The notes under the pieces were generated by a model, which did no database searches, was not told the DNA's origin, and saw only the letters and a list, made by a program, of their open reading frames with translations. From Candidatus Latescibacterota bacterium (GTDB lineage Bacteria > Latescibacterota > UBA2968 > GCA-2709665), in assembly GCA_965222075.1 (NCBI GenBank), contig OZ244937.1:448001-512000 (forward strand): a stretch of DNA of 64,000 bases. Direction: 5' to 3'. The stretch's first letter is position 1, and each line of letters begins with the position of its first letter. Shown here piece by piece: positions 1 to 8,626 of the stretch. A program made the translations under genes and the position numbers.

Positions 1-327
1 GGCCTGCTCCTTTTGTGTGTTTTTACCGACTCTAAGCGCGTTCAGCTTGTCTTCCCGCTCTTTGAGCAGGGCTTCCAGGTCTTTGATTCTTTTGGCGATA
101 CCCTGTACGTCCTCCTGCTGGTCAATCGCGGCCTTTTTGCTCCCCTGAAGGTGGTTGTAGACCGCTCCGCCCAACTCGGCGAATGCCTCGTGAATGGCGT
201 GCCGGGCTCCGGCAATATCGAGACGCGCGCGTCCCAGCTTGCCGAGGTATTCGGCCTTTTCCGCTGCTGTGGATGCACTTTCCAGGAATCCCTGTTTGAT
301 CCGTTCCCAGAGGGGCTCATGTGCCAT
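1..327 (-). CDS. Hypothetical coiled-coil protein, runs off the window edge
   Basis: Read by hand: MAHEPLWERIKQGFLESASTAAEKAEYLGKLGRARLDI..., open to base 1, with an AAGAAGG RBS upstream. Not in the ORF track because there is no stop in the window. Confidence 0.7.
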   Translation of the reverse strand, partial: MAHEPLWERIKQGFLESASTAAEKAEYLGKLGRARLDIAGARHAIHEAFAELGGAVYNHLQGSKKAAIDQQEDVQGIAKRIKDLEALLKEREDKLNALRVGKNTQKEQA

Positions 328-374
328 TGGGCGCCTTCTTCTTATATGGATTTTGATCCGGAGGTCTCCGGTTG

Positions 375-830
375 TCAGGGTGTTTCTTCCACCCCTGCCC
401 GCCGGAGTTCCCGGATAAGCTGTTCCCGGTTGGCCCGAGAGATCTCGCGCCCCTGGACCGAGAGCCCGGGGGTCTGCCTGGCCAACCGACGCAATTGGAT
501 GACGGAAAGGGTTTCGAGGCCTACGCCCTGAAGGGACGGGTTGTCTGGCCCTTTCCCTTCCAGGTCGAAGGCGCGAACCAGGTCGTCGTGGGGGTTTGGG
601 ATGACGTGCTGCGCCACCAGCTGACCGACGCGCTGGGCGGCCTGAGCGCCGGCCTGGACGGCTGCCTGGACGGCCCCGACGTCTCCCAGCAGCTGGATGG
701 AGACCAGCCCGCCCTCAATTTTTTCGACAACGGTAAGGTCTACGGCTGCGGCTTTTACGGCTGCGTCGGCGGCTTCGACAGCGCCGATAAATCCCACCGT
801 TTCGATGAGGCCTAGGGCATTTTGACTCAT
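375..830 (-). CDS. BMC-H shell protein with C-terminal helical extension
   Basis: ALGLIETVGFIGAVEAADAAVKAA...GDVGAVQAAV...HVIPNPH BMC motif, then LSVIQLRRLARQ...ISRANREQLI. Start placed at ATG 830. Confidence 0.9.
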   Translation of the reverse strand: MSQNALGLIETVGFIGAVEAADAAVKAAAVDLTVVEKIEGGLVSIQLLGDVGAVQAAVQAGAQAAQRVGQLVAQHVIPNPHDDLVRAFDLEGKGPDNPSLQGVGLETLSVIQLRRLARQTPGLSVQGREISRANREQLIRELRRAGVEETP

Positions 831-1116
831 AGGAGAACGGATACAGACCATCTGGGCAGGGTGGAGGCAATCGGCAGAAACGCTTCAAAAATTGAGCGGC
901 CTTCCCGGTAACACGATATCACTCAGGTTGGCCGCCATCGTTTTCATCCAGCTTGGAGGCGATTTAAAGGGGGACAAATGTGCAGCAAATACCAATTTGT
1001 CGGAACGTCAGGAACGCCCGTTTTGTTCCAACTAAGGGTAAAGATAACAAAAATTCCGCCCTCTGTCACGTATTTTTTAGGACAAACCAGGGGATTTGTT
1101 GCTTATCCTGTGAATC

Positions 1117-2565
1117 TCAGTGATTTTTCTCGAAAAAACCCCTGGCCCAGTGGAAGCGGCTGGCCCCCTCCTGGGTGCCGAACCAGACGTAGTCGCCGTC
1201 CAGGAGGATGGCATGCACCCGATCGTGGATGAGGCCGCTGAAGCGGGTATAGTCTTTCCAGAGCTTGCGGGCGATGTCGAGCCGAAAGGCGCCCTGATCG
1301 GTAGCCACCCAGACGCGGCTGGTGTCCGCTGCGATGGCTACCCTCCGGCTACCGCCCACTTCGGAGAGGGGAAACCGCTGCCAGGTGGTGTCGGATCCGG
1401 ACTGGTGGATCAAAGCCGGAGGGGCCTCCACAGCGGCCCAGACCTTCCCTGCCCGGGCAAAGACGGCGCTGATCGGACCTTTTGTGAGGCCCTCCGGGCA
1501 CCGAACCGGCGCCCAGGTCACATCGCGGCGGGCACACCGGTAGAGTCCCCAATCCGTGCCGGCCCAGATAAAGTCAGGACCGGCGTCCAGGGCGCGAATG
1601 GCGAAGCGTTCACTGCCTTCCACCGTTCGGAGGGTATCGGCTTTGAGGTCGAGTATCCTCAGGCCGGCCCGGGTACCGATCCAGAGCCGCTGGCTGTCTC
1701 TGGCCAGCGCCGTTATCCGGTCCGAATTGCGCCCATAGAGGCGGTAGGTGAGCCACTGCCCCGATTTTTTGGTATAGCGCACCAATCCCCCCCAGGTACC
1801 AAACCAGACATCGGTGCTATCGGGGAGGATGGCCGACACCCGGACGTCGTCTAAGCCGATGATGTCTTCGGGCTGAAAGTATTCCCAGGTGTCTGTGGAC
1901 GGATGGTAGCGGGTGATCCCCCGCGCAGGGCCCCGGTAGGTATCCTCTCCGCCGAACCAGATCCTGTCTCCATCCAGGGCGATGGCGGTAACGTTTTCTG
2001 TCATGGGCCCAAAGTGGAGGAATTCAAGCTGTTCGTCCCTCAGATCGGCCCGGCCCACGCCCAGGCCACGGGTTCCGATCCAGAGGATGCGCCAGCTGTC
2101 GATCAGGATATCGGTAATGGCGTATGTCCGCCGGGGGCCTTGTATCCAGTTGTTTTCCAGGTAGTATCCAAAGGGGAGCATCACGGGGGGGATCGCCCTG
2201 GGTGGGTAGTGTTGCGGGACAGGGTCGCGGGTGGCCAGGGACATGGTTTCCAGCCTGGACATCCAGACCCCCGACCCTGAGGGGGTGTCAAACCAGAGAT
2301 CGCCGGTGTTGGGATCGTAGGCGAGGCGCTGTACGCGGTTGTCGGGCAGGCCGTCTAAGGTGGTGAGAGGGGAGAGCCAGCGGTTGGCAAACCGGTCGTA
2401 GCGCCGGATGCCGCCGGTGGTGGCCACGTAGATCTGGACATCTCCTTCGGCCAGGGCGGTCACGTGGTTCATGTTGGGATAACTGGTCCAGACCTCGCGG
2501 TCGTAGGCCCGGAGGGGCGGGGTGAGGAGGAGACAGAGGATGAGGCCGGTGGAGAGGGGTTTCAT
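1117..2565 (-). CDS. Secreted beta-propeller protein (two-component-regulator propeller repeats)
   Basis: Signal peptide MKPLSTGLILCLLLTPPLRA; repeated blades LWIGTxxG / VWFGTxxGL / DGLPDNRV. Confidence 0.8.
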   Translation of the reverse strand: MKPLSTGLILCLLLTPPLRAYDREVWTSYPNMNHVTALAEGDVQIYVATTGGIRRYDRFANRWLSPLTTLDGLPDNRVQRLAYDPNTGDLWFDTPSGSGVWMSRLETMSLATRDPVPQHYPPRAIPPVMLPFGYYLENNWIQGPRRTYAITDILIDSWRILWIGTRGLGVGRADLRDEQLEFLHFGPMTENVTAIALDGDRIWFGGEDTYRGPARGITRYHPSTDTWEYFQPEDIIGLDDVRVSAILPDSTDVWFGTWGGLVRYTKKSGQWLTYRLYGRNSDRITALARDSQRLWIGTRAGLRILDLKADTLRTVEGSERFAIRALDAGPDFIWAGTDWGLYRCARRDVTWAPVRCPEGLTKGPISAVFARAGKVWAAVEAPPALIHQSGSDTTWQRFPLSEVGGSRRVAIAADTSRVWVATDQGAFRLDIARKLWKDYTRFSGLIHDRVHAILLDGDYVWFGTQEGASRFHWARGFFEKNH

Positions 2566-2582
2566 TGGGCCTCCAGGAGAGG

Positions 2583-3461
2583 TCAGTCGCTACTCTTCAG
2601 CGCTTCCATGACGCGGCGGGTGATTTCGGTGATGAGGTCCTGGTCCGATGGGGCGTCCCCGGGCGTTGAGGAATCGGTCGTGGAGGCGCTTGCGCTGTGG
2701 GTGCGGCGGGTGGGGATATTTCCGTCTGTTGTTTGAGGGGCCCGCGGCGCCTCGCCTGTGAGGCAAGCGGGGTCGGGACCCTGAATGCCGAGGCGTTCTC
2801 GGATCTGGAGGAGTTTGCCGACCTGTTCTCGGTTGAGGAGGTTGACGCCTCCCAGTTGACGGGCCACAAGGAGGATGCGGGCGGCGTGTTCCAGGGTCTC
2901 CATCTTGAAGTAGGCGTTCATGACGTCTGACCCTACGGTGGTGGCGCCGTGGTTTTCCAAGAGGTAAGCGTCGTAGTCCTTCACCCACTGCCGGATCGGT
3001 TCGGAGATTTCCGGTCCGCCCGGGGTGCCGTACCTGGCAGTGGGGACGGAGCCGAGGGTGATGATGACCTCGGGGAGGACACAGTCGGTGAGGGGGATGC
3101 CCGCTACGGAGAAGCCGGTGGCCGTGGGGGGGTGGGCGTGAACCACGGATTTGATATCGGGCCGCTCGCGGTAGAGAAAGAGGTGCATGCCAATCTCGGA
3201 CGAAGGACGCAGCCCGCCGCTGACCCTGTTCCCGTCCATGTCGCAGATGCAGAGGTCGTCCAGGGAGAGGGTGCCTTTGCACAGCCCCGTAGGGGTCGCC
3301 ACAATGCGATCTTCTGCGGTGCGGGCGGAAATATTGCCGTCGCTGGAAGCGATGTAGCCCTTTTCGTAGAGCCTGCGCCCGGCTTCGACAATGTCCTGTT
3401 TGGTCTGGTGAAGGGTCATAGGGCGTTGAGGGTAAAGCGTGAAGTGTTTTGAATGCATCAC
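2583..3461 (-). CDS. Class II aldolase (FucA/adducin family) with C-terminal encapsulation peptide
   Basis: GNISAR, PSSE, VVHAHPP and LLENHGA motifs; C-terminal DQDLITEITRRVMEALK after a low-complexity linker. True start may be 3458 or 3419. Confidence 0.92.
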   Translation of the reverse strand: MMHSKHFTLYPQRPMTLHQTKQDIVEAGRRLYEKGYIASSDGNISARTAEDRIVATPTGLCKGTLSLDDLCICDMDGNRVSGGLRPSSEIGMHLFLYRERPDIKSVVHAHPPTATGFSVAGIPLTDCVLPEVIITLGSVPTARYGTPGGPEISEPIRQWVKDYDAYLLENHGATTVGSDVMNAYFKMETLEHAARILLVARQLGGVNLLNREQVGKLLQIRERLGIQGPDPACLTGEAPRAPQTTDGNIPTRRTHSASASTTDSSTPGDAPSDQDLITEITRRVMEALKSSD

Positions 3462-3471
3462 GCTCTACTTT

Positions 3472-3747
3472 TCACTCTGCATTCATAGTGATCCGGTCTA
3501 CGATGCCGACGATGACCGAACGGATAGGGGGGAGTTTCATCCCCAGCACCCGGGCCGCTGCGGCGCCCTGCCGGAGGACCAGGACGGTCTCGCCCGCGCC
3601 TGCGCCTGCGCTGTCGACCGCGAGCATGGAGGGGCCGTCGGGGGTTCCGTCGGGCCGGATGGGCTGGACCACCATCAGCTTGGTCTGGTCGTAGGCCGGA
3701 TGCTTGATGGTGGAGACGATGCTGCCCAAGACACGAGCGAGGAGCAT
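3472..3747 (-). CDS. BMC-P pentamer vertex protein (EutN/CcmL family)
   Basis: ARVLGSIVSTIK...AVDSAGAGAGETVLV...IVGIVD. Confidence 0.92.
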   Translation of the reverse strand: MLLARVLGSIVSTIKHPAYDQTKLMVVQPIRPDGTPDGPSMLAVDSAGAGAGETVLVLRQGAAAARVLGMKLPPIRSVIVGIVDRITMNAE

Positions 3748-3795
3748 TTCTAATCATTCCCGCAGGGCGCACACACGGGTGCGCCCCAGCTGTTT

Positions 3796-4059
3796 TCAGA
3801 CGTCGATACGATCGGCGATGCCGACGATGGTTGCATCGACGGGGCCGTAGCCTTTGGGAAGGGCGTTGGGCGCTTCGCGGGCGCTGATCCAGTAGACGGT
3901 TTCGCCCTGGTTTGCACTGACGGTATCGGCGGCCACCAGGGGGTGCCCTGTCCGGTTGCGTTCGTGATCGATAGGCTGCACGATCAGCAGCCGGATTCCG
4001 GTAAGGGACGGGTCTTTCCGGGTGGCGACAACTTTTCCGATAACGTGGCCGAGGAACAT
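3796..4059 (-). CDS. BMC-P pentamer vertex protein (EutN/CcmL family)
   Basis: GHVIGKVVATRKD...VAADTVSANQGETV...PVDATIVGIAD. Confidence 0.92.
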   Translation of the reverse strand: MFLGHVIGKVVATRKDPSLTGIRLLIVQPIDHERNRTGHPLVAADTVSANQGETVYWISAREAPNALPKGYGPVDATIVGIADRIDV

Positions 4060-5489
4060 CAGACGATCCTGAAGTAGTCGACTAAGGTACAGCGACGCTG
4101 GCGGGTGAAGGTGCGGGCCGAGGTGCAGCCTTCACCGGTGGGTGTGGCGATGGAGAAGGAGGTGTAGCCTTCACCTCCGGCGCCCAGCCCTGCGGCCGAG
4201 GGGCCGTTTTTGATGAAGAGGGTACACCGGCACTTTCGGGCCATGATGGTCATGTGTTCGACGTTTTTGGAGTGCATGACGGCGGTGTGATGGTAGCCGT
4301 GTTCCGCCTCGACGGCCATATCGATGGCGGTGAGCGCATCGGGTGTTTGGACGATAGGCATAAAGGGCATCATCTGTTCGCGGGTGACAAAGGGGTGATC
4401 GGCCTCGACCTCGCCGATGAGGAGTTCCGTATCTGCGGGGACGCCAAGCCCGATGCGCTCGGCCAGGACCTGGGCGCCCCTGCCTACGAGTTCCCGGTTG
4501 AGGGTCCACTCCCCCTTTTCGTCGAGGGGAAAGGCCTGTTTGACCAGGGCGTCGATCCGGGCGCGGTCGAGTTCCACACAGTGGTTGGCCAGGAGGTGAC
4601 GTTTGAGTTCGGCGGCGACGGACCGGACCACAAAGGTCTCTTTTTCGCCGGTGCAGAGGATGTTGTTGTCGAAACCGGCGCCTGCGACGATGTGCCGGGC
4701 GGCCTTTTCCAGGTCGGCGGTTTCGTCCACCACCACCGGGGGATTGCCGGGACCGGCGACGATGGCGCGTTTGGGCGAGGAGAGGGCGGCCCGGGCCACG
4801 CCGGCGCCCCCGGTGACCAGGATGAGGTCTATTTTGGGATGGACAAAGAGGGCCTGTCCGGTCTGGATTGTGGGCTCCTGAACAGTGGTCATCAGGTTGG
4901 GGGGACCGCCCGCTTCGACGATGGCGCGGTTGAAGATCCGAACGCCGAGGGCCGAGACGGTTTTGGCCCCGGGGTGGGGGTTGAAGACCACGCTGTTGCC
5001 TGCGGCGATGAGGCTGATGGCGTTGTTGACGATGGTGGGCACCGGGTGCGTGGAGGGCGTGATGGCGGCGGCCACGCCGAAGGGGGCCTGTTCTACCACG
5101 GTGAGCCCGTGGTCGCCCGACCAGGCCACGGGCTGGAGGTCTTCGACGCCGGGGGTAAGCTGGGCGACGATTTCGAATTTCCGGATTTTGTGGGGTACCC
5201 GGCCCATGCCGGTCTCTTCGACGGTGCGCTGTGCGAGGCCCTTGGCGTGGGCCATGCCGGCCTGGCGAATGGCGGCGATGATGGTGCGGCGTTCCTTCAA
5301 AGAGAGCGCCTCCAAGGCCCTCTGGGCCTCGACCGCGGTCTCGACGGCCTCGTCGAGGCTTTCGAAGATGCCGTCCTCGTCCTTTGAAGGTGTGGGGGAG
5401 GAGACCCCCGCCGGGGTGGACCTCTGCGGCGCCAGGCTGCGGACCACCTCTTCCACAACGGATCGGATCCGGGCTTCGTCCAGGTTCAA
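4059..5489 (-). CDS. eutE: CoA-acylating aldehyde dehydrogenase (EutE/PduP family) with N-terminal encapsulation peptide
   Basis: PFGVAAAITPSTHP, AGPGNPPVVVD, FDNNILCTGEKE (catalytic Cys), TPTGEG; N-terminal DEARIRSVVEEVVRSL helix. Confidence 0.92.
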   Translation of the reverse strand: MNLDEARIRSVVEEVVRSLAPQRSTPAGVSSPTPSKDEDGIFESLDEAVETAVEAQRALEALSLKERRTIIAAIRQAGMAHAKGLAQRTVEETGMGRVPHKIRKFEIVAQLTPGVEDLQPVAWSGDHGLTVVEQAPFGVAAAITPSTHPVPTIVNNAISLIAAGNSVVFNPHPGAKTVSALGVRIFNRAIVEAGGPPNLMTTVQEPTIQTGQALFVHPKIDLILVTGGAGVARAALSSPKRAIVAGPGNPPVVVDETADLEKAARHIVAGAGFDNNILCTGEKETFVVRSVAAELKRHLLANHCVELDRARIDALVKQAFPLDEKGEWTLNRELVGRGAQVLAERIGLGVPADTELLIGEVEADHPFVTREQMMPFMPIVQTPDALTAIDMAVEAEHGYHHTAVMHSKNVEHMTIMARKCRCTLFIKNGPSAAGLGAGGEGYTSFSIATPTGEGCTSARTFTRQRRCTLVDYFRIV

Positions 5490-5540
5490 GGTGAAACTCC
5501 TTCCGCCCTCCGCATGCCGGTGGTGGACGGGAGAGGGGTG

Positions 5541-5834
5541 CTATCCTTTCCGGTAGACTTCCCTGCCTTCGATTTCGCAGAAATCGACGATGGCCACGAT
5601 GACGGCATCGACGGGGCGGTCTTCCGTGGCGGGGGTCATGCGCGCAGAACTACCGCTGGTGCACAGGACGATCTCGCCGGTTCCGGCCCCCACGGCGTCT
5701 ACGGCGACCAGGGCGTTTTCTCCGGCCTTCAGGGTGGGGATGTCGACACTCCGGACGATCTGGAGTTTAAAGCCGTCCAGGCCGCTGTCTTTTTGGGTGG
5801 CGACTACGGTCCCCACCACTTTTCCCATAATCAT
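5541..5834 (-). CDS. BMC-P pentamer vertex protein (EutN/CcmL family)
   Basis: MIMGKVVGTVVATQKD...VAVDAVGAGTGEIVL...GSSAR...PVDAVIVAIVD. Start corrected from the ORF track. Confidence 0.93.
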   Translation of the reverse strand: MIMGKVVGTVVATQKDSGLDGFKLQIVRSVDIPTLKAGENALVAVDAVGAGTGEIVLCTSGSSARMTPATEDRPVDAVIVAIVDFCEIEGREVYRKG

Positions 5835-5850
5835 TTGATGCGCCCAGGGT

Positions 5851-6132
5851 TCAGGACGACGTTCCGATGGGGAGCACGTCTTCGAGGCTGGTGTGTGGAC
5901 GCGGAATGACGTGCACGGAGACGAGTTCGCCGATTTTGCCGGCGGCAGCGGCGCCGGCGTCGGTGGCGGCCTTAACGGCGGCCACGTCTCCCCGGACGAG
6001 GGCCGTGACGTACCCTGCGCCGATTTTTTCCCAGTTGACAAACTGGACATTGGCGGCTTTAACCATAGCGTCGGTGGCTTCGATCATGGCGACCAGACCC
6101 TTGGTTTCGATCATGCCGAGGGCTTCACCCAT
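5851..6132 (-). CDS. BMC-H hexamer shell protein (EutM/PduA-like)
   Basis: [29 protein letters not shown]...[14 protein letters not shown]...VHVIPRPH; AGGAGG RBS upstream. Confidence 0.96.
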   Translation of the reverse strand: MGEALGMIETKGLVAMIEATDAMVKAANVQFVNWEKIGAGYVTALVRGDVAAVKAATDAGAAAAGKIGELVSVHVIPRPHTSLEDVLPIGTSS

Positions 6133-6211
6133 GTTGTGTATCCTCCTGATGAGGGGTTCGTGTGGTTGATATGGGGCTCCGTGATTACTATGGAAACACG
6201 CGGTTGCGCAT

Positions 6212-7606
6212 TTACCCTTCTTTTCTCCGATAGAGGGCCAGCCGGTAGGGTTCGTCCGCATCAAATGTCCGCACCCGTTCGTAGCCTTTCTGAAACCAGG
6301 CCGCCGAGGCGATCGGATCTTCAAAGGAAGTCCAGAGCGGATCGTGCAGCAGCACGTAGTCGGGCCGGTAGGTCCGAATCGGCCAGGCGATATCGCCGGA
6401 GGCCATGTGGGGGCCCACGCCCGGCGTGATCAACCCGCAGACGTCTACCACCCGGCGGTTGCTGTAATAGCCTACGATGCCGATCTCCACCAGGCCGACC
6501 GAGGCCCCCTGCGGCGTTTCCGAAGCCAGCCACTTTCCAACGGTTCGGTAGGCCGGATGCCGGGGTTCCGGTTGCTCCCCGATCTCCCGGAGCGTGGGAA
6601 CCAGGAGGGCGACCAGCAGGGGGAAGAGCACCCCGGCAACCACCCACCCACGGCGCCAGGCCGGCCATTGCGCCACGATCAGATCGGTAAGATGCACCAC
6701 GCCCAGCCCCGATACCATCATCAGCGCCGGCACCATCCCGGCGTAGTAATTGAAGCCTTCGGGGATGCCCATTGCGGTATAGGCGGCACACACCAGCCCT
6801 GCCCACCCCACGATCAGATAGATGCGCCGGTCGATTTCAAACAGCTTCGCGCATCCCAGTACCCCCACGACCCCGAACCAGAGGTAGAGGGGGGTCTGCT
6901 TCAGGTAGAGGTAGCCGACCCGCAGCGCCCCATACCAGTAGGGCCGCCAGAGCCCGCTTTCTCCCATCGCCCGCTTGACGGCCAGCGTATTGGGGAAGGG
7001 CGCTCCGAACGTCCAGATCGCGTAGGCCGCCCATCCACCGACGACCGCTCCGTAGATCAGCAGGGGCATCCAGGCCCGATGCCTGTGTTTCCAGACCTCG
7101 TAAGACAGGATCAATCCGGCCGGCACCAGGCCGTCTCCCCGGGTCAGCGTGCCCAGCGCAAGCAGGAACGCGGCCAGGTTCGGGCGATCCGAAAAGGCGG
7201 CCGCATAGGCCCCCAGGATGAACGCGAGAAAGAGGTTGAGCTCAAACCCGAGGGCGTCTCCCAGGAGGGGATTGAGCACCACCAGGACCGCAGCGATCCC
7301 ACCTGCGGTGGCCTCTTTAAAGGCGGCCAGGATGCGGTAGACAAGCAGGCTGCATACCCCCAGGGCGATTCCGCTTACCGTGCTGCTCAGGAGGGGGTAA
7401 TTGTCCGACAGCCGTCCCAACAGGGCCAGCAGCAGGGCGTAGAGCGGTGCGGTGGTTCCCAGGACCTGCTCACCCGGATTGTAGAGAAACCCCCTCCCTT
7501 CGGCGAGGTTGCGGGCATAGCGGTAAGTGATAAAGGGATCGTCCATCTGCACCCGGTGGTAGCAGATCACCATCGGGGGCGTCAACGCCAGGACCAGAAG
7601 CAGCAC
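6212..7606 (-). CDS. GT-C fold membrane glycosyltransferase (ArnT/PMT-like)
   Basis: [28 protein letters not shown] lumenal motif, many TM helices, [19 protein letters not shown]...D..GL. Start uncertain. Confidence 0.8.
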   Translation of the reverse strand: MLLLVLALTPPMVICYHRVQMDDPFITYRYARNLAEGRGFLYNPGEQVLGTTAPLYALLLALLGRLSDNYPLLSSTVSGIALGVCSLLVYRILAAFKEATAGGIAAVLVVLNPLLGDALGFELNLFLAFILGAYAAAFSDRPNLAAFLLALGTLTRGDGLVPAGLILSYEVWKHRHRAWMPLLIYGAVVGGWAAYAIWTFGAPFPNTLAVKRAMGESGLWRPYWYGALRVGYLYLKQTPLYLWFGVVGVLGCAKLFEIDRRIYLIVGWAGLVCAAYTAMGIPEGFNYYAGMVPALMMVSGLGVVHLTDLIVAQWPAWRRGWVVAGVLFPLLVALLVPTLREIGEQPEPRHPAYRTVGKWLASETPQGASVGLVEIGIVGYYSNRRVVDVCGLITPGVGPHMASGDIAWPIRTYRPDYVLLHDPLWTSFEDPIASAAWFQKGYERVRTFDADEPYRLALYRRKEG

Positions 7607-7672
7607 CCGGATGTTGAGCGAGTCGAGGAAGCGAATGGAGGCTAACCCTTTCGGTAGTGCCGTTTCACAGGC

Positions 7673-8389
7673 TTAGACTTCAATCCGGACGGTGTCGCTG
7701 CAGACGAGGTCGGCGGCGTTGGCGTCGTCGGTGTCGAGGTGGAGTTCCGGGATGAAACTGTCGTCGATTTTCAGGCGGACGTTTTCAAAGATGAGGCCTT
7801 TCTCGCCCCCCACGCGCACCCGGACAGCCTGGCGCCCCTCCAGCTCCAGGCGGGCGATGTCGGAGGGGCTGAAGTGGATATGTCGGGCCGCGCGGATGGC
7901 AACGGGCTGCGTGATCGCCCCCCCGGGTCCAACCAGCGTGATGGGCTGCGCCCCTTTGAGGTCTCCGGAATTCCGAATAGGGGGATCAAGGCCGAGGCCG
8001 ATGGCGTCGGTGCGCGCCAGTTCCACCTGGGTGTAGCCGCGCATCGGACCCAGGATGCGGACCCGTTCAATGGCGCGGAGCCGGGGACCGACCACCGAGA
8101 CGGTCTCTTTGGCCGCATAGGCCCCGGGCTGGTAGAGGTCCCTGCAGGGGGTCAGTTCAGATCCGGGACCGAAGAGGACATCCATGGCATCGCGGTTGAG
8201 GTGACAGTGCCGGGCGGAGACACCAGCGGGGATCGGAATCCCCCCGCGCCTCCCTTCCCAAACGCGGCGGACCACCTCCTGGACGATCTGATCGATGGGG
8301 AGAGACCCGTTGCCCGGTATGGGGGACTGCCCGCGCTTGCAGAGGCGGCAGTCGGCACACTCAGAGGCAGGTTTGAAGCACTGGGCCAT
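7673..8389 (-). CDS. pduL: Phosphate propanoyl/acyltransferase PduL with N-terminal encapsulation peptide
   Basis: GVSARHCHL, VRILGP.R..TQVE, RHIH, ELHLDTDDANAA; N-terminal IDQIVQEVVRRV helix. Confidence 0.93.
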   Translation of the reverse strand: MAQCFKPASECADCRLCKRGQSPIPGNGSLPIDQIVQEVVRRVWEGRRGGIPIPAGVSARHCHLNRDAMDVLFGPGSELTPCRDLYQPGAYAAKETVSVVGPRLRAIERVRILGPMRGYTQVELARTDAIGLGLDPPIRNSGDLKGAQPITLVGPGGAITQPVAIRAARHIHFSPSDIARLELEGRQAVRVRVGGEKGLIFENVRLKIDDSFIPELHLDTDDANAADLVCSDTVRIEV

Positions 8390-8440
8390 AGTATGCGATC
8401 CGGAGACTGAGAAAGGGGATGGTCTCGCCTGCAAGGTGCG

Positions 8441-8469
8441 AAAATAGCAGGTTGCCGGGGCAAAGTCAA
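8441..8469 (-). promoter_or_regulatory. Sigma-70-type promoter for the BMC operon
   Basis: Minus strand TTGACT-17 bp-TATTTT, about 50 bp upstream of pduL. Confidence 0.5.
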
Positions 8470-8522
8470 GGGATTTCAGATGGTGTGGGGGGTGGAGGGC
8501 AGATACACAGGTCTGCCCCTAC

Positions 8523-8550
8523 TTGACAATTCGTCCGGTTGTCGTATAAT
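8523..8550 (+). promoter_or_regulatory. Sigma-70 consensus promoter for the polysaccharide operon
   Basis: TTGACA-16 bp-TATAAT, with perfect hexamers in high-GC DNA. Confidence 0.75.
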
Positions 8551-8626
8551 AGCGCTGGTAGACGGACTGCCGTCTGCCCGCCCGTCAGATGCCCGAATGG
8601 AACCCACCTGCCTATCGGATCCCGAT

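Noticed and set aside
4254-7645. Long antisense ORFs (e.g. 4254-5387, 6344-7645, also 60574-61779)
   Set aside because: Shadow frames of well-supported genes in high-GC DNA, with no recognisable motifs.
7607-7675. GT-C ORF is in frame with pduL, separated by a single TAA and 22 sense codons (readthrough fusion?)
   Set aside because: One-in-three chance of sharing a frame, TAA is a poor readthrough codon, and a soluble encapsulated enzyme fused to a membrane GT is implausible.
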